Source: Candidatus Eiseniibacteriota bacterium (lineage in GTDB: Bacteria; Eisenbacteria; RBG-16-71-46). Taken from it: a stretch of 64,000 nucleotides of DNA. Under the pieces are notes generated by a model, which searched no databases, had not been told where the DNA came from, and worked only from the letters and a program-made list of their open reading frames with translations. The position numbers and the translations under genes are program-made. Each line of letters begins with the position of its first letter. Position 1 is the first letter of the stretch. The stretch covers positions 18,817 to 82,816 of the forward strand of contig DASXQT010000070.1 in the NCBI GenBank assembly GCA_036507005.1. The letters are read 5' to 3'. Positions 63,750 through 64,000 of this stretch are shown piece after piece.

Positions 63750-64000
63750 GGCAGCTTCTCCAGCAGGGCGTCCACCTTGGCCTCGTCGAGATTCTCGTGG
63801 TAGTCGAAGCCGACCTGCATGCACGGGGCGCCGCCGCACGCGGCCAGGCACTCCACGCGCCGCAGGGTGAAGCGCCCGTCGGGCGTGGTCTCGCCGTGGC
63901 CGATCCCGAGCTTCCGCTCGAGGTGGCGGAACAGGCGGTCTGCGCCCATCAGCGAGCACGACAGCGTGCGGCACACCTGGAGGTGGTGGCGGCCCACCGG
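63746..64000 (-). CDS. nuoE: NADH-quinone oxidoreductase subunit E (3' part; 5' end beyond the window)
   Basis: HLQVCRTLSCSLMGA...VECLAACGGAPCMQV is the thioredoxin-like 2Fe-2S motif of NuoE. The frame is still open at the window edge. Confidence 0.85.
   Translation of the reverse strand, partial: PVGRHHLQVCRTLSCSLMGADRLFRHLERKLGIGHGETTPDGRFTLRRVECLAACGGAPCMQVGFDYHENLDEAKVDALLEKLP

Overview
High-G+C bacterial chromosomal segment; GC was judged by eye, not computed. C-terminal FlgD-Ig/T9SS-like sorting domains on two secreted proteins hint at an FCB-group or Gemmatimonadota-like organism, but that is a guess. Most long ORFs in the supplied track are R/A/G/P-rich shadow frames opposite real genes.

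Housekeeping content:
- type III glutamine synthetase
- an ECF sigma/anti-sigma pair
- a 1623-aa beta-helix/PKD surface protein with four near-identical ~850-bp modules
- a MurNAc/anhydro-MurNAc recycling operon (murQ, SBP, two permeases, anmK, spoIID)
- fpg/mutM, a DEAD-box helicase, a GT-C/TPR membrane protein, alaX and a sigma-54 activator
- moaC-moeA
- nuoE-F-G-H-J-K-L-M-N, with nuoI absent from its usual slot

Two visibly lower-GC accessory islands interrupt this backbone.
- Island 1 (~17.4-21.95 kb) splits the MurNAc operon. It carries DUF2971, a secreted protein with a tandem-duplicated Cys-rich domain, an AbiTii-like protein and an XRE regulator.
- Island 2 (~24.3-41.8 kb) lies between murQ and fpg and is the most interesting region. 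It holds a 14-kb, seven-gene, stop/start-overlapping operon. The core is an SNF2/DUF3883 helicase, a DUF1156 DNA methyltransferase and a DUF499 (BrxC-like) ATPase. Three cassettes are nested in it: AIPR, DUF3644, and an AAA ATPase with a TOPRIM-like DUF4276 protein.
- Divergent from that operon sit an XRE/ImmA (CapH/CapP-like) pair and an SDH-family Clp-fold serine protease.

A recurring signature is that inserted cassettes are flanked by a diverged second copy of part of a neighbouring gene, usually its 5' end or leader. The four cases are the methylase, fpg, the murQ leader and an anti-sigma fragment.

No rRNA, tRNA, CRISPR array, integrase or transposase was recognised.
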